Shown here: positions 1 through 12,441 of the stretch, in pieces
Layout of the letters: the number at the start of each line of letters is the position of its first letter
Position numbering within the stretch: the first letter of the stretch is position 1
Source: Octopus bimaculoides
Lineage: Eukaryota
Length of the DNA: 47,961 nt
Assembly (NCBI RefSeq): GCF_001194135.2
Contig: NC_068989.1
Location: 15,932,845 to 15,980,805 of the forward strand
Direction of reading: 5' to 3'
The notes under the pieces: model-generated
Told to the model about the DNA's origin: nothing
Databases searched by the model: none
What the model saw: the letters and a program-made list of their open reading frames with translations, nothing else
Position numbers and translations under genes: made by a program

Positions 1-158
1 CATATTATATTATATTATTATTATTATTATATTATATTATATTATATTATATTATATTATATTATATTATATTATATTATATTATATTATTATTATTATT
101 ATATTATATTATATTATATTATATTATATTATATTATATTATATTATATTATATTATA
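1..158. repeat. (ATTAT)n-type pentanucleotide microsatellite
   Basis: Run of attatattat units from the window start. Confidence 0.95.
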
Positions 159-160
159 CT

Positions 161-421
161 AAAGCGTCTAGCTAGCACAATCGTTAGCACACCGGGCGAA
201 ATTCTTATCGGTATTTCGTCTGCCGTTACGTTCTGAGTTCAAATTCCACCGAGGTCGACTTTGCCTTTCATCCTTTCGNNNNNNNNNNTTCAAATTCCAC
301 CGAGGTCGACTTTGCCTTTCATCCTTTCGTGGTCGATAAATTAAGTACCAATTACGCACTGGGGTCGATATAATCGACTAGCCCACAGTAATTTTCTAGG
401 CTTTGTGCCTAGAGTAGAAAT
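161..421 (+). mobile_element. tRNA-derived SINE, family A (body ...gagttcaaattccgccgaggtcgactttgcctttcatcctttcggggtcgataaattaagtacc...)
   Basis: B-box-like GAGTTCAAATTCC; near-identical body recurs at 37261, 40470, 45186 and 47205. Contains a 10-N gap with duplicated flanks. Confidence 0.85.
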
Positions 422-449
422 AATTATATTATACACATACGCGCGCGCG

Positions 450-490
<41 letters not shown>

Positions 491-577
491 TCATATATAT
501 ACATACGTTACTCACACAGGCACAGATATACACACACGCTGGTAAAAAGGGATAAGCATCCCTCTGTTGTAGATTCA

Positions 578-728
578 TTAATGCTATATCGCCTGAAGAA
601 ATGAATCCATGAAGATGATTGACCCGATGTCCACGGATACAACGGTCTGCACTATAATCATCCCAGGAATACGGACTAGGATCTTAAGAGACATGTGATT
701 TGTGGAAACGCGCGTAGCGATGCATTAA
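578..728 (+). ncRNA. Type I hammerhead ribozyme motif with a long (105-nt) stem II domain
   Basis: Core CTGAAGA 593-599 and GAAA 705-708. Stem III/loop ACGCGCGT 708-715 is a perfect palindrome; cleavage triplet GUA, cut after 716. Stem I: ATCGC 588-592/GCGAT 717-721, TAT bulge, TTAATGC 578-584/GCATTAA 722-728. Stem II base ATGAATC 601-607/GATTTGT 697-703. Confidence 0.8.
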
Positions 729-879
729 ATGTTTATAAATTCCATCCAAGCATTATTGATATCATAATTATATTTTATCAAAAAAACTGGTTCACCAGTC
801 AGCATCATTGGTCTGTGGCCAGCATAATGGAATAGGAGCTTTATTTGCATATTGAAAGCGTTTCCCGTAAGCAAATTTA

Positions 880-936
<57 letters not shown>

Positions 937-1439
937 CACATGAACTTTGAATTAGGTATGTAGATCTGTGTGTATATTCAAAGCAAATATGTATGTGTAC
1001 ATGAGTATACATGTGGGAGTGTATTTGCGTGTAAGTGTGCTTGCTTTATGTGCATAATTGTACCCACTTGTGAATGACATTTAACCCATCTGCACACCAA
1101 ATTGTCATTACAATTTTGTCTGTCAACAATAAGATTTCGTATATTCCTTCAAGTATAGGATTTTAGTTTCCGCTATGAATCAGCAAAATCATAAAAATAT
1201 GCAAGAAATGAGAAAGTTAGGACAGGTAGATAGAGATAGAGTGTGTATGAATGTTAGATTGCTCTGTTTTGTTTTATGATTTGCTTTACAGAAAAGATAA
1301 CTCGCAGCAAACAGGGCCGAGAAACCTTAGTAAAAATTAAATAGAGTATTGAAATGAATAGAATGTTGTGATTAATATGCATGTGTGCGTGGGTGTACAC
1401 GCGCTTGTATTTATACACATATGCTCACACCAGCACACA

Positions 1440-1866
<427 letters not shown>

Positions 1867-4140
1867 ACATGATGGTTGTCTACACCTTACTACCATCATG
1901 GCATCTGATGTGGCTTTTTAAACCAGATAATGTTCTAAGAGACACCCACATAGGTTGCACCTCCAATTTGGACCACCGAGACCTGCAGATAAGTTCTGCT
2001 CTTTGTAAGGCTTTAAAATGTCTCTTGAGGCCTCTGTTGGATTTGAAAACTTTCTGGCATACACTGCATTCAAAGGTTTGCACAGATATATAGGCAGAAT
2101 AGTTGGGGGAGATTTGTTTTCTATGCGTTTGCAGATGAGGTTTGAGGCCAGCAAAAGACAGGCATGGTCTGTCACAGACTGTGCACACAAAAAGGTCATT
2201 GTCATTCACCTTCTCGATCGTCACATTCTTCCTTAGATCTCTTTTGAGTCTTACTTGTGTTATCTTGGCCTCTTCAGATGCTTTCACTCCACTCCATACC
2301 TTTGTTCGCCATCCAACTCGATCCGAAGCAAGGGCTTCTATATCTTCTGGAACCATTCCCAATGACTTCGTAGTGCTCCTTATGCCGTCCTTAAACCTCT
2401 TTTTAGGTTTATGCCGATAGTGTTTCCTCTCTGCAAGCTCACCATAAAACAGCTGTTTCGGCATGCGTTCATCTGCCATTCAAACAATATGGTCACACTA
2501 TCTCAATTGGTTCCTCGAAATCATAGCTTTAATTGAGATGATGCCTGCAGATGCAAGGACATCTGTGTTTGGAGGAAAAGAACACCATTTAATTTTTAAA
2601 ATGTGATGAAGGCATTTTTAGTGGAATTGTTCTAACAATTTAAAATGCTTTTCATAACAAGTCCAAGTTTCACAGGAATACGACAGGGATAGTAAGACAA
2701 ATGATTCGTAAAGAGCTAGCTTTGTATTCTTATTTATATGTCGCTGGCACCAAACACGTGACTCCATGCCACCAAATGCTTTTGTTGCCTTTTGAATTCG
2801 CAGCTGTATTTCTGTATCAAGATTTCCATCATTTTGAACAGAGCTTCCAAGGTAGACGAACGAATCGACCACTTCAAGTAACTTTCCCTTAAGGAAAATT
2901 TTAGTGGAGTTACAAACGGCACCACACGCAGGTTGATGCATTGCAACTGTCTTTTTTCCAAGTTGATGATCAAGCCAAAATCATCATAAGCCGAGTCAAA
3001 TGCAGATACAAGAGATTGCAGACCTGTTTCAGAATGACTGACAAGATCACAATCGTCAGCGTACAAAAGTTCCCTAATGAGTGAAGTAAAAACCATTGTT
3101 TTGAATTTCAGTCTGGTCAGATTAAAAACATTCTCTGTTGTTCGATATTTTATGTAAATACCCTCTTCAGAGTTTTGAAAGCATGTAACAACACAACAGC
3201 AAAGTATATTGCACAGAGAGTGGATTCATCAAGGTCTCTTTGCTTTACTCCGTTTTCCAAAGCAAAAGATTCAGAGACCCTACCACCAAAATTAATTCTA
3301 GCTTTCATATCTTGATGCAAAGCCCTGATCATGTTTACAAATTTTTCTGGGCAACCTATTTTCTTTAGAATTAGCAACAGAGCATTTCGACTAACAATAT
3401 CGAATACTTTACTCAAATCAACAAAGCAATGGTATAGAGCAAGATTCTGTTCAATGCACATTTCTTGTAATTGTCTGACAGTAAAGATACAATCAGCTGT
3501 GCCCCTGGAGGAACGAAAACCAAACTGAGACTCAGACACTATATTTGGAACTATAAAGGTATTTAAACGTTCTAACAAAATGTGGGCAAGTACCTTTCCA
3601 ACCACAGACAAAAGCGAAATCCCACGAAAATTACCACACAGGTCCTTTGGCCCGGATTTATACAAGGAGACTAAAATGACATCAATCCAGTCTTGAGGTA
3701 CTTTCTCAGTTCTCCAACAATGAAAAATTAATATATTTAAGAGTTCAAACATTTTGTCACCCCATATTTCAAGACTTCTTCACAGATTCCATCAGACCCT
3801 GGAAACTTATTGTTATTCAGCTTATTCACAGTTAAATAAATGTCATTTAGAGTTGGTTCAACAGCCATCTCTTCTATAACTGGAAGGTGTTCAATTTCTC
3901 CTACCCCCCCCCCCTCTCCATATCAACGGATGATGGTCTATTCAAAAGTGCGGAAAAATGTTCTACCCAACGCTTATGAATAGAAGCAGTGTCAGTCAGA
4001 AAAAAGAAGTCCTTTGTTGTTCTCACTGGAGCTATTGAAGATGATTTGGGGCCATATACCTCCTTAACATAAGAGTACAAACCCTTGACATCATTTCTAT
4101 CAGCTGCTTCTTGTGCCCCTTTTTGCTCTCATTCCCCTAT
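1867..4140 (-). mobile_element. 5'-truncated, frameshifted RTE-clade LINE (RT plus C-terminal C2H2 zinc fingers)
   Basis: Minus-strand ORF pieces carry RT motifs: FRGISLLSVVGK, QFGFRSSRGTADCIF, FVDLSKVFD, GVKQ, LLYADD, FVYLGS, YSCETWT, RMPKQLFYGEL. Pre-RT linker RAKRAQEAADRNDVKGLYSYVKEVYGP near 4050-4135. Stop at 1880, short 3' UTR, then TGTA-type tail. Confidence 0.95.
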
Positions 4141-4478
4141 TCCTATAAGTTAAAGAGCTTCTACCTGCCCATGAGGTAAGCTATCCCATTCCAGACACCA
4201 AACTGACACTCACACTCTATGAAGTAATCAAATATCACTCCGGTGACCGACGCGGAGTAGCTCATAAACATTTTTTTTAAAGTAAAAGAGACGCAGTAAA
4301 TATAAATATGTATATAAAAGTAAAAATATACATATATATAAATATACAATATATACATATAAAAATAAATAAAGGTACGACGTGTGAATAAGAATTACAT
4401 ATAAATAATATTGTATAGAGAAAAGTAAAAGATATGCAATTAAAAGATATAAAATAATATATGCATATACATATACAT

Positions 4479-4523
<45 letters not shown>

Positions 4524-4599
4524 AAAGTAAAAATATACAAGTAAAAATGTACATATAAGAAAAGAAATAATAGATAGATAAATAAATATATCGATATAT

Positions 4600-4609
4600 C
4601 TTCGGATAT

Positions 4610-4673
<64 letters not shown>

Positions 4674-4821
4674 CAGATAAATAGATAGATAGATAGATTA
4701 CATCTTATTACCTCCCTAAGGAAACGAAGTATTTCTATAATGGATTTCATGTTCTACAATGAGATTCATCCAATATAAAGAAAAGAGATTAATTCTTCAT
4801 CAATCTATCTAGCGATCATCT

Positions 4822-4888
<67 letters not shown>

Positions 4889-4965
4889 NNNNNNNNNNNN
4901 NNNNNNNNNNNNNNNNNNNNNNNNNNNNNNNNNNNNNNNNNNNNNNNNNNNNNNNNNNNNNNNNN

Positions 4966-5027
<62 letters not shown>
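4600..5027. repeat. (AGAT)n and (TG)n microsatellites, the latter spanning an N gap
   Basis: Directly visible. Confidence 0.9.
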
Positions 5028-5030
<3 letters not shown>

Positions 5031-5273
5031 TTTGCGTGTAGACGGGGAGTTTACTGAATTGGTAGTGAAGAGCAACGTCCCTTGTGACATTAAATTACGT
5101 CCCTTTATGTACAGTTTTCATGTCGCATTGAGCTCGTCTTCGCCTTTTATATTTCTGAGACCAATAAAAGAAAAATGTACCAAATGTATCATTGAACTGT
5201 AAAAGCCTACATCCTGGAGACGTCCAAGTTCTGTAATTGCATCAGACAAAATGCCTGTGGTACGAATATCCAT

Positions 5274-5420
5274 AGGCGTAGCTGTGTGGTAAGAAGCTTG
5301 CTTCCTAACTACATGGTTCCAGGTTCAGTCCCACTGCGTGGCACCTTGGCAAGTGTCTTCTTGTGAGAGGATTTGGTGCATGGAAGCTGAAAGAAGCCCG
5401 TCGTATATATGTGTGTGTTG
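5274..5420 (+). mobile_element. tRNA/CORE-like SINE family B, 5' part with internal deletion
   Basis: Head gctgtgtggtaagaagcttgcttcc...ggttcagtcccactgcgtggcaccttggcaagtgtctt matches full copies at 23290 and 23771. Confidence 0.85.
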
Positions 5421-6129
5421 TTTTGGAATTATGTGACCGCTCGTTCGATTCCACTGAGTGGCATCTTAGACAACTGCCATTCACTATAGCATCGGATCGA
5501 CTGAAGTCTTACGAGGGAAATTTGTTAGACAGAAATTTGAAATCATATCGGAGGGGTCGCTCCCATCATTGTTCAGTGGACTTAAATATGTCGGCTAGTT
5601 CAACATCACTATATGGTCTTTGTTGCCTTTAGCGGAGTTTACTATGTTGCAATCATTCGGGCTAAATCGCCGACAGAACAGAGGCCAGCTCCTTCCTTTC
5701 TTCCCTTCTTCCCTTTCTTCCATCAGTCTTGGAAGCTCTTAAAAAGGTTGTAGATGCTAAATAATCAATTTTTAAAATATCTTTTTTCTCTGTCGCCAAT
5801 TTTCAGTTTATTGTCTGTGGAGATAATTTTCAATGGAACTCCGCCAATTCTGTTATTATAATAAATAATCTTCACCCATCTCGTCGTTGACATTGAGTAA
5901 ATCTATTGCCTTTTATTGCTTTTAATTAATTAATAAATTAGCCATTTCTCTTTCATATACAAAAAGACAAACATATTGTAACGTATTTTCGCATAATTTT
6001 ATAAATAATATCCGAGTATCAATGATTTTAGATAAAATAGTGCTTATTATTTTTATTGTTGCTTTTGTTGTTGTTGATTTGATCAATCAGCTAGAGCCAA
6101 TTGTTCTGACCGTGACCATCACGAATTCA

Positions 6130-6330
6130 CTTCGTAAGAGTGTCAGAACAACATACCTTGCGGTATGTCTACCAATTCTTTATGTTCTGAGTTCAAATCT
6201 TATTGAGGTTAACTTTACTTTTCTTCTTTTCGAGATCGATAAAATAAAGTACCACTCAAGTTCTGGAGTCGGTGGCATCAACTAGCGTCCTCTTTTCAAA
6301 CATTTCTAGCCTTGTGTTTAAACGAGAAAC
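6130..6330 (+). mobile_element. Degenerate SINE family A copy
   Basis: gttctgagttcaaat...tcgataaaataaagtacc similar to family A. Confidence 0.6.
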
Positions 6331-6942
6331 AATGTTATACATCGAACAATTTGATTTCTAATCCTTGGCACGGTTTCGATTTCCTAAGAATTACAATTAG
6401 TTCATGCTGACATTTCAGTAAAACCAACCATATTGATGGGGTCTCAACACTAGCCGTAATGATTGGGTTATCAGCAAATGTATTAACTGACTACTTATTT
6501 GACACAAATGGTCTCACAACTGATATGTCATTTGCATTAGTTTGTTAAGACAATAATAAACTGGTGCAAATTATCGCTGTCTGTCTTCGGGTTGAACCTG
6601 AGTTTTCAACAAACTTCTTTGGTTATGAAATAAGATTCTTGCTAATAGTAGAAAGAAGAAAGGATATTAATCGGAAAGCGATTCAGATGTTATGCTAAGT
6701 TTTTACAGCCAACAATAAGCCTTACGAGAATCCCAGGCTTAAGTATTTAGAGGAGGCCTTACGTATTTGATAGCATACATATTTGGCAGTGCTGTGCTAC
6801 ATTGTCTATATTGATAACCATTGATATGATCTTTGTTCTTCTTTAGGATTGACAACCTCATCCTATTGAACCAGTAGGGACGCTTTCTTTTTTCCCCTAA
6901 ATTCTTTGTCTCAGTGTTCTTGTAGGTAAATGCTTTGTTTTG

Positions 6943-6974
6943 AAACCCGTCGTATATATGTGTGCGTGCATGCA

Positions 6975-7055
<81 letters not shown>

Positions 7056-7258
7056 GTGCGTGTGTCTCGCACTTCCAGACAGCAGATGTTGCTTTGTTAA
7101 CGTCCTCGTAACTTAGCCGTTCGGCAAAGACACAGATAGAATAATGTACCATACTTAAGACGGTGAATACTAGGGTCAATTTTTTCGACGAAACCTTTCA
7201 AGGCGGTGCTCCAATATGTCCGTTGTCAATGGACTGAAACAAGTGAAAGATAAAAGAT
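6943..7258 (+). mobile_element. SINE family B, internal microsatellite and 3' part
   Basis: cccgtcgtatatatg, (TG)n(AG)n, gtaacttagccgttcggcaaag, aaggcggtgctcca, gactgaaacaagt. Confidence 0.8.
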
Positions 7259-7401
7259 AATTATTTTCTTTTAACGGAATTCAAAATTTGTTTCGTTAAC
7301 TCGCAAAGATGTGTTTGATCCTATTGCATAGGTTTGGACCTGTGCGTGGGAACTCGGATTATAAACAGAAGCGCTAACAATACGAACCTGTTTTGAATTT
7401 A

Positions 7402-7824
7402 AATATATTCTCCGTGACAAAGCGCAGTGATTAGCTTGTTCGCCAGTTCGAACGTACATCAAGCATACTCGAATTGATAATAACATTGCAATTTTACTTA
7501 TCACTGCTCAGCGCTCCCCTTCTGTAATTTACTTACAGTGAGCCGTCGTATAGCGCTACCAGTCACCAAACGGTGACTGGAAAAACATTAGAGAGACAAT
7601 CTCTTCAGTCAGCTCACAATGTCGTCTGCTTAGTGTCTGTGACTGATGAGGAGATAACTACTCCGAAATGCTAGCATTTTACAGTCTAGTTAGGTAGCGC
7701 TGCGAGTTGATCTAGGTGTATACACCCCATTTGTCAACAAGCGGAATATATTCTCCATGATAAAGCGCAGTGAGTAGCTTGTTCCTTAATTCGAACGTGC
7801 ATCAGGTATATTGATAATAACATT
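7402..7824 (+). mobile_element. Retrozyme-like element: about 343-bp unit with partial head-to-tail repeat and one hammerhead
   Basis: 7402-7487 is repeated (diverged) at 7745-7824, period 343 bp; hammerhead at 7630-7689 lies between the copies. Confidence 0.65.
7630..7689 (+). ncRNA. Type I hammerhead ribozyme motif
   Basis: CTGATGA 7643-7649; stem II GGAG 7650-7653/CTCC 7661-7664; GAAA 7665-7668; palindromic stem III ATGCTAGCAT 7668-7677; triplet AUU, cut after 7678. Stem I CTGTGA 7637-7642/TTACAG 7679-7684, TGT/T internal loop, TTAG 7630-7633/CTAG 7686-7689. Confidence 0.85.
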
Positions 7825-8469
7825 TTAAATACTGCAGAGTTGACTCGAAACCAAAACTAAGTGGCACAGACTATTCAAAGCTAATTGCACTGGGCCTTCT
7901 GTAAGTTACGTGTCTTGATCACGGACCCAAAGAGGTGCTCCAAACGACAGAATACGAATAGTGATTTGAATAGTCGGTAGTCAGAGACACTGTCGATTCG
8001 CACCAGAGTGATTTCATTACTGTTTTTTTACAGATGAGAGAGGCAAAAGAGACAGCCGCATATACAGATAGACTGACAGACAGAGAGGCAGATACGCAAA
8101 TGATAGTAAAAGAGATAGAGTAAGGACAAAAAGAAGGAGGAAATCGTAAAACATAAACATTAATGACTTTTTGAGGAAAAGAGGTAACGCCACAGAGATT
8201 ACAATGAAATGAAAACATAACAAGCTTTTTGGAATTACAACTGAGAACAAAGAACAAAAGTCCTCGACTGGGTCTACTGTAAATATTGACTGTGTATTTA
8301 ATAAATCTTCTGGCTACAGCTATATAATGGATTCTATTAATTACGAAATTCTGGTGTTGTGTTTGTACATTATAATAGATAATGATTTGTTTCTCTCTTT
8401 TATATTGTGTTTCTTCTTGTAATCGCCCACATGTTGTTTATCTACTTGCAACGATATGTGCTTCTGTCT

Positions 8470-8549
<80 letters not shown>

Positions 8550-8676
8550 TATTGTGTGTATATTTATATATAAACACTCACATGTCTANNNNNNNNNNAT
8601 ATATATACATGCATACACAATACAAGCATACGCGCATGTATATATGTGTGTGTGCGCGTGTATGTGTGTGTGTGTG

Positions 8677-8729
<53 letters not shown>

Positions 8730-9965
8730 AGTCATATTTATATGCATGTATATATTCTTTTATTCTATTATTGGGTTTTATTATCATACTGCAGTTATGG
8801 GGGAGTACTACTTTCGTATGTATGAATGTATATATATATTACGCATGTATGTATGTATTTGTGTATGTATGTATGTGTGTGTGTATGTATGACTGTGTAT
8901 GTTTTTATGTATGTATATATTTGTGTATGTATACAGGTATGAGTATATGCATGTATGTATGTATGTATGTATGTATGTATGTAGCATTACTTTTCTTGGA
9001 ACTGGTTTTCTTATAAATGTTAGTTTATTCATCTTTCGTATACTTGTTGTTTCTGTTTATTATGACAAAACACTTGGACATTTAATAAGATTTATAATAT
9101 CTTTTGTATCAATTTTGAAGCTTTGTTAAGCATGTGGAGGCGAGAATAACAATTTGCACTTGTAACATTTACGAACATTTCGACAGAAAAAAAAATTATA
9201 AAATCTCTGGCTTTAATATTGGTCCTCGGCGAAACTAGGATTCAAATTAACAGAGTTCTTTATCGTTTGTGTGTTTTTCTTGATTTTGACATTTGTCAAC
9301 AGAGAAGGGCTGTGTCCATGACTTTCCCGGGTTTTCCATGTTTGGTGAAACTGTGTCTGTCGCCGTTCAACTTGCAGCACAGATGCAAGTCAAAGNNNNN
9401 NNNNNNNNNNNNNNNNNNNNNNNNNNNNNNNNNNNNNNNNNNNNNNNNNNNNNNNNNNNNNNNNNNNNNNNNNNNNNNNNNNNNNNNNNNNNNNNNNNNN
9501 NNNNNNNNNNNNNNNNNNNNNNNNNNNNNNNNNNNNNNNNNNNNNNNNNNNNNNNNNNNNNNNNNNNNNNNNNNNNNNNNNNNNNNNNNNNNNNNNNNNN
9601 NNNNNNNNNNNNNNNNNNNNNNNNNNNNNNNNNNNNNNNNNNNNNNNNNNNNNNNNNNNNNNNNNNNNNNNNNNNNNNNNNNNNNNNNNNNNNNNNNNNN
9701 NNNNNNNNNNNNNNNNNNNNNNNNNNNNNNNNNNNNNNNNNNNNNNNNNNNNNNNNNNNNNNNNNNNNNNNNNNNNNNNNNNNNNNNNNNNNNNNNNNNN
9801 NNNNNNNNNNNNNNNNNNNNNNNNNNNNNNNNNNNNNNNNNNNNNNNNNNNNNNNNNNNNNNNNNNNNNNNNNNNNNNNNNNNNNNNNNNNNNNNNNNNN
9901 NNNNNNNNNNNNNNNNNNNNNNNNNNNNNNNNNNNNNNNNNNNNNNNNNNNNNNNNNNNNNNNNN

Positions 9966-10173
9966 AGGGGGAGGAGGAGGTGAAGAAGGGGAAGAAGAAG
10001 AAGAAGCAGAAAAAGAAGAAAAAGAAGAAGAAGAAGAAGAAGAAGAAGAAGAAGAAGAAGAAGAAGAAGAAGAAGAAGAAGAAGAAGAAGAAGAAGAAAA
10101 AGAAGAAGAAGAAGAAGAAAAAGAAGAAGAAGAAGAAGAAGAAGAAGAAGAAGAAGAAGAAGAAGAAGAAGAA
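9966..10173. repeat. Long (GAA)n trinucleotide tract
   Basis: Directly visible; source of the spurious poly-K/poly-S/poly-L ORFs. Confidence 0.95.
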
Positions 10174-10220
10174 AAGACATACCGAGGAGACACGATGTGA
10201 GGAGAAATAACATTTCTCAC

Positions 10221-10281
10221 CTTGAGATTAGAGGAGAGGAAGCGAATGCGGTAGATGACATGGCTATGCAGGTAAATGCCT
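10221..10281 (-). other. Candidate 61-bp spliced exon of an unidentified transcript
   Basis: Minus strand: ctccactttgcag acceptor, then 61 bp of non-repetitive sequence open in two frames (GIYLHSHVIYRIRFLSSNLK or AFTCIAMSSTAFASSPLIS), then AAG|GTGAGA donor. No homology recognised. Confidence 0.25.
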
Positions 10282-10300
10282 CTGCAAAGTGGAGTACATT

Positions 10301-10343
<43 letters not shown>

Positions 10344-11149
10344 AAAAGCTATCTGTGAGACATCAACAGTACGTGTATGTATGAGAGTGGGTGTGCGCGC
10401 GTGTATGTGTCTATGCATGCATATATATTTGTGCATGTATATGCATATATATGCATTTAATGTACATGCATAGGCACATATATACATATACACACATACA
10501 TAGAAACATATATATGCATATATATATATATATATATATATANNNNNNNNNNTGTGCAATGAAAATGTACTCCTCAGCTGCATAATGGAATTTCATTTTA
10601 GAAAGTCATTTTGTAGATGTGTGCAAAAAACAAGAGTAAGAGAAGAAAAAATACCATCTTGACTGGGCTGTCATTCAACAGTCTAGTGAATCAAACAAGA
10701 ATTTAATTTCTATATAATCTAATTACTACTACCCCTCCAATAAGATTCAACAAAAAGAAGGCCAGAAATGGATTTCCCATGTCATTTTGCATATAAAAAT
10801 GGCCACAGATCTCTTGTACTTTTTTGAGTGTTGCACAGTGAAACTAATAATAAATATGAAAAAAAAAAATTACAAATACAACTGGGACAAGAATGCAATT
10901 TACCTGAAATTAGGTAACTACCCGACAAAACACACCATTAACCTGAATACTGCATATCATTAACATTATTTGCATAAGTAAACACTGCTAATTTGTAAAC
11001 AAGGTCAAGGACAAAACTGTTGTCTATTTAAACAACATTAAATAAGTAAATATTATCGTTAGCAATAATAACAAGGGTGTATCCTTTAAAACACTCGAAA
11101 ACATTGGTGGTGCTAAATTTTTTCCTACAGTTGTAAGCCGTTATTTGTG

Positions 11150-12441
11150 TTAAGTACTTATCTATTATTAAGACGCTTCAAAACAAGAGGAAGGTGACTG
11201 TCTTTATAGATATAAAAACAAGCTGTTTATCATAATGCAGTGGTGCAGGGAGAAGCTATGAGGACTGATATTGAAGCAGTAAATTTTTTCGGAAAACAGT
11301 TTGGAGAAATAATAGAAAAATATAATAACCCGTGATCATGAATTGTTAATGTAGACAAAACCATATATTTCGAAGCGTATGTCAGAAAGTAGTCACATTA
11401 CAAAAGAAAAATCATCGAGACAACGTTTTAAAGTAAATAATGATCGTTTGAATTTATTGGAAGCAACTAAAGACAATAATTGTAAGTTAAGATTTTGTGG
11501 AAAAGACCAAGACAATTAAAGACATTATAATTGCCAAACAGAAAGTGAACGCCTGATTCTTTTTCATACGCTAATGGGATATATCTTGTAATCCACAATC
11601 TTCAATTAAATGTTAGATTGATATTAATGTTTGTGGTGCCAAATACAACACCACCTTTGCAAACAATGGGCCAAAGTGTTGTTTCAACATTCAAAGCATA
11701 TTATCTTCAGTACACTTTATATCAGTTAATATACCGTATTTGTTAGTAAAAGAATTTTGGAAAATCATTCAGTGTTTTAGGTGCAGTAAAATCAACAAAC
11801 AAAGCCTGGAACAAATTACAGAGAAAAATAAGAATGACGTTTGAAAGAACTTCTGCTCTCAATTTATTGACACTTTTGCAGGATTTGAAATCCTTAGATA
11901 TTGTTCTAAATAAAACAGAAACAATCGTTGATATTGCTAATCAATTCTATCTTGATGTTTTTATGAATGACATTATTGATTTCTTTTAGTTACATGAACA
12001 ATATCTTTCAAACGAAGGCCTCATGAAATGCAAGAACATTATGTAAAAGCTGAAGAAGGAGACCAAATAAGGAGAAAGAATAAGCAAGAATCTCTTGTTT
12101 ATTCTTTCACTCTTAAAGGGCTATAAATTCAAATCTGGATAAAAAGAGAAAGATTGCTGCAGATCTTTGTAAATCTGACGTTTCTTATCACGGTTTACGA
12201 AGAAAAGATATGGCTATAATGGCAGCAAGATAATATTCATACATTTTATGTAAGATGCATTTATTCATCGGTTGTACCAAAACTGCTATTTTTTAAATTC
12301 ATTATTTAACACTTTTAAAAATATCATATGTAAAATCTGATCGGTGTGAACATAATCATCATTTATAGTATTATTTAGGGCTCTTTCATTTAACGATTAA
12401 AAATGTGTAACCAATTAGATCGTTAAGTCAAGTTAATCCTG
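11150..12441 (+). mobile_element. Highly decayed pogo/Tigger-like DNA transposon
   Basis: Remnant peptides RFKVNNDRLNLLEATKDNNCKLR (cf. Tigger GFKAxKDRLTLLLGGNAxGDxKLKP) and PNTT..LQTMGQSVVSTFKAYYL (cf. PPNTTSLLQPMDQGVIxxFKAYY); candidate right end ...aatcctg|TA at 12441. Left end not found. Confidence 0.75.

Noticed and set aside
239-329. Direct repeat of about 40 bp on both sides of a 10-N gap inside a SINE
   Set aside because: Typical unmerged contig overlap; assembly artefact.
3026-3059. CTGACGA...GAAAC hammerhead-like core on the minus strand
   Set aside because: It is the YADD-region coding sequence of the RTE RT; no stem II or stem I.
11657-11717. CTGAAGA...GAAAC with weak stems on the minus strand
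   Set aside because: Lies antisense within pogo transposase coding remnant; stems are short and AU-rich, consistent with chance.
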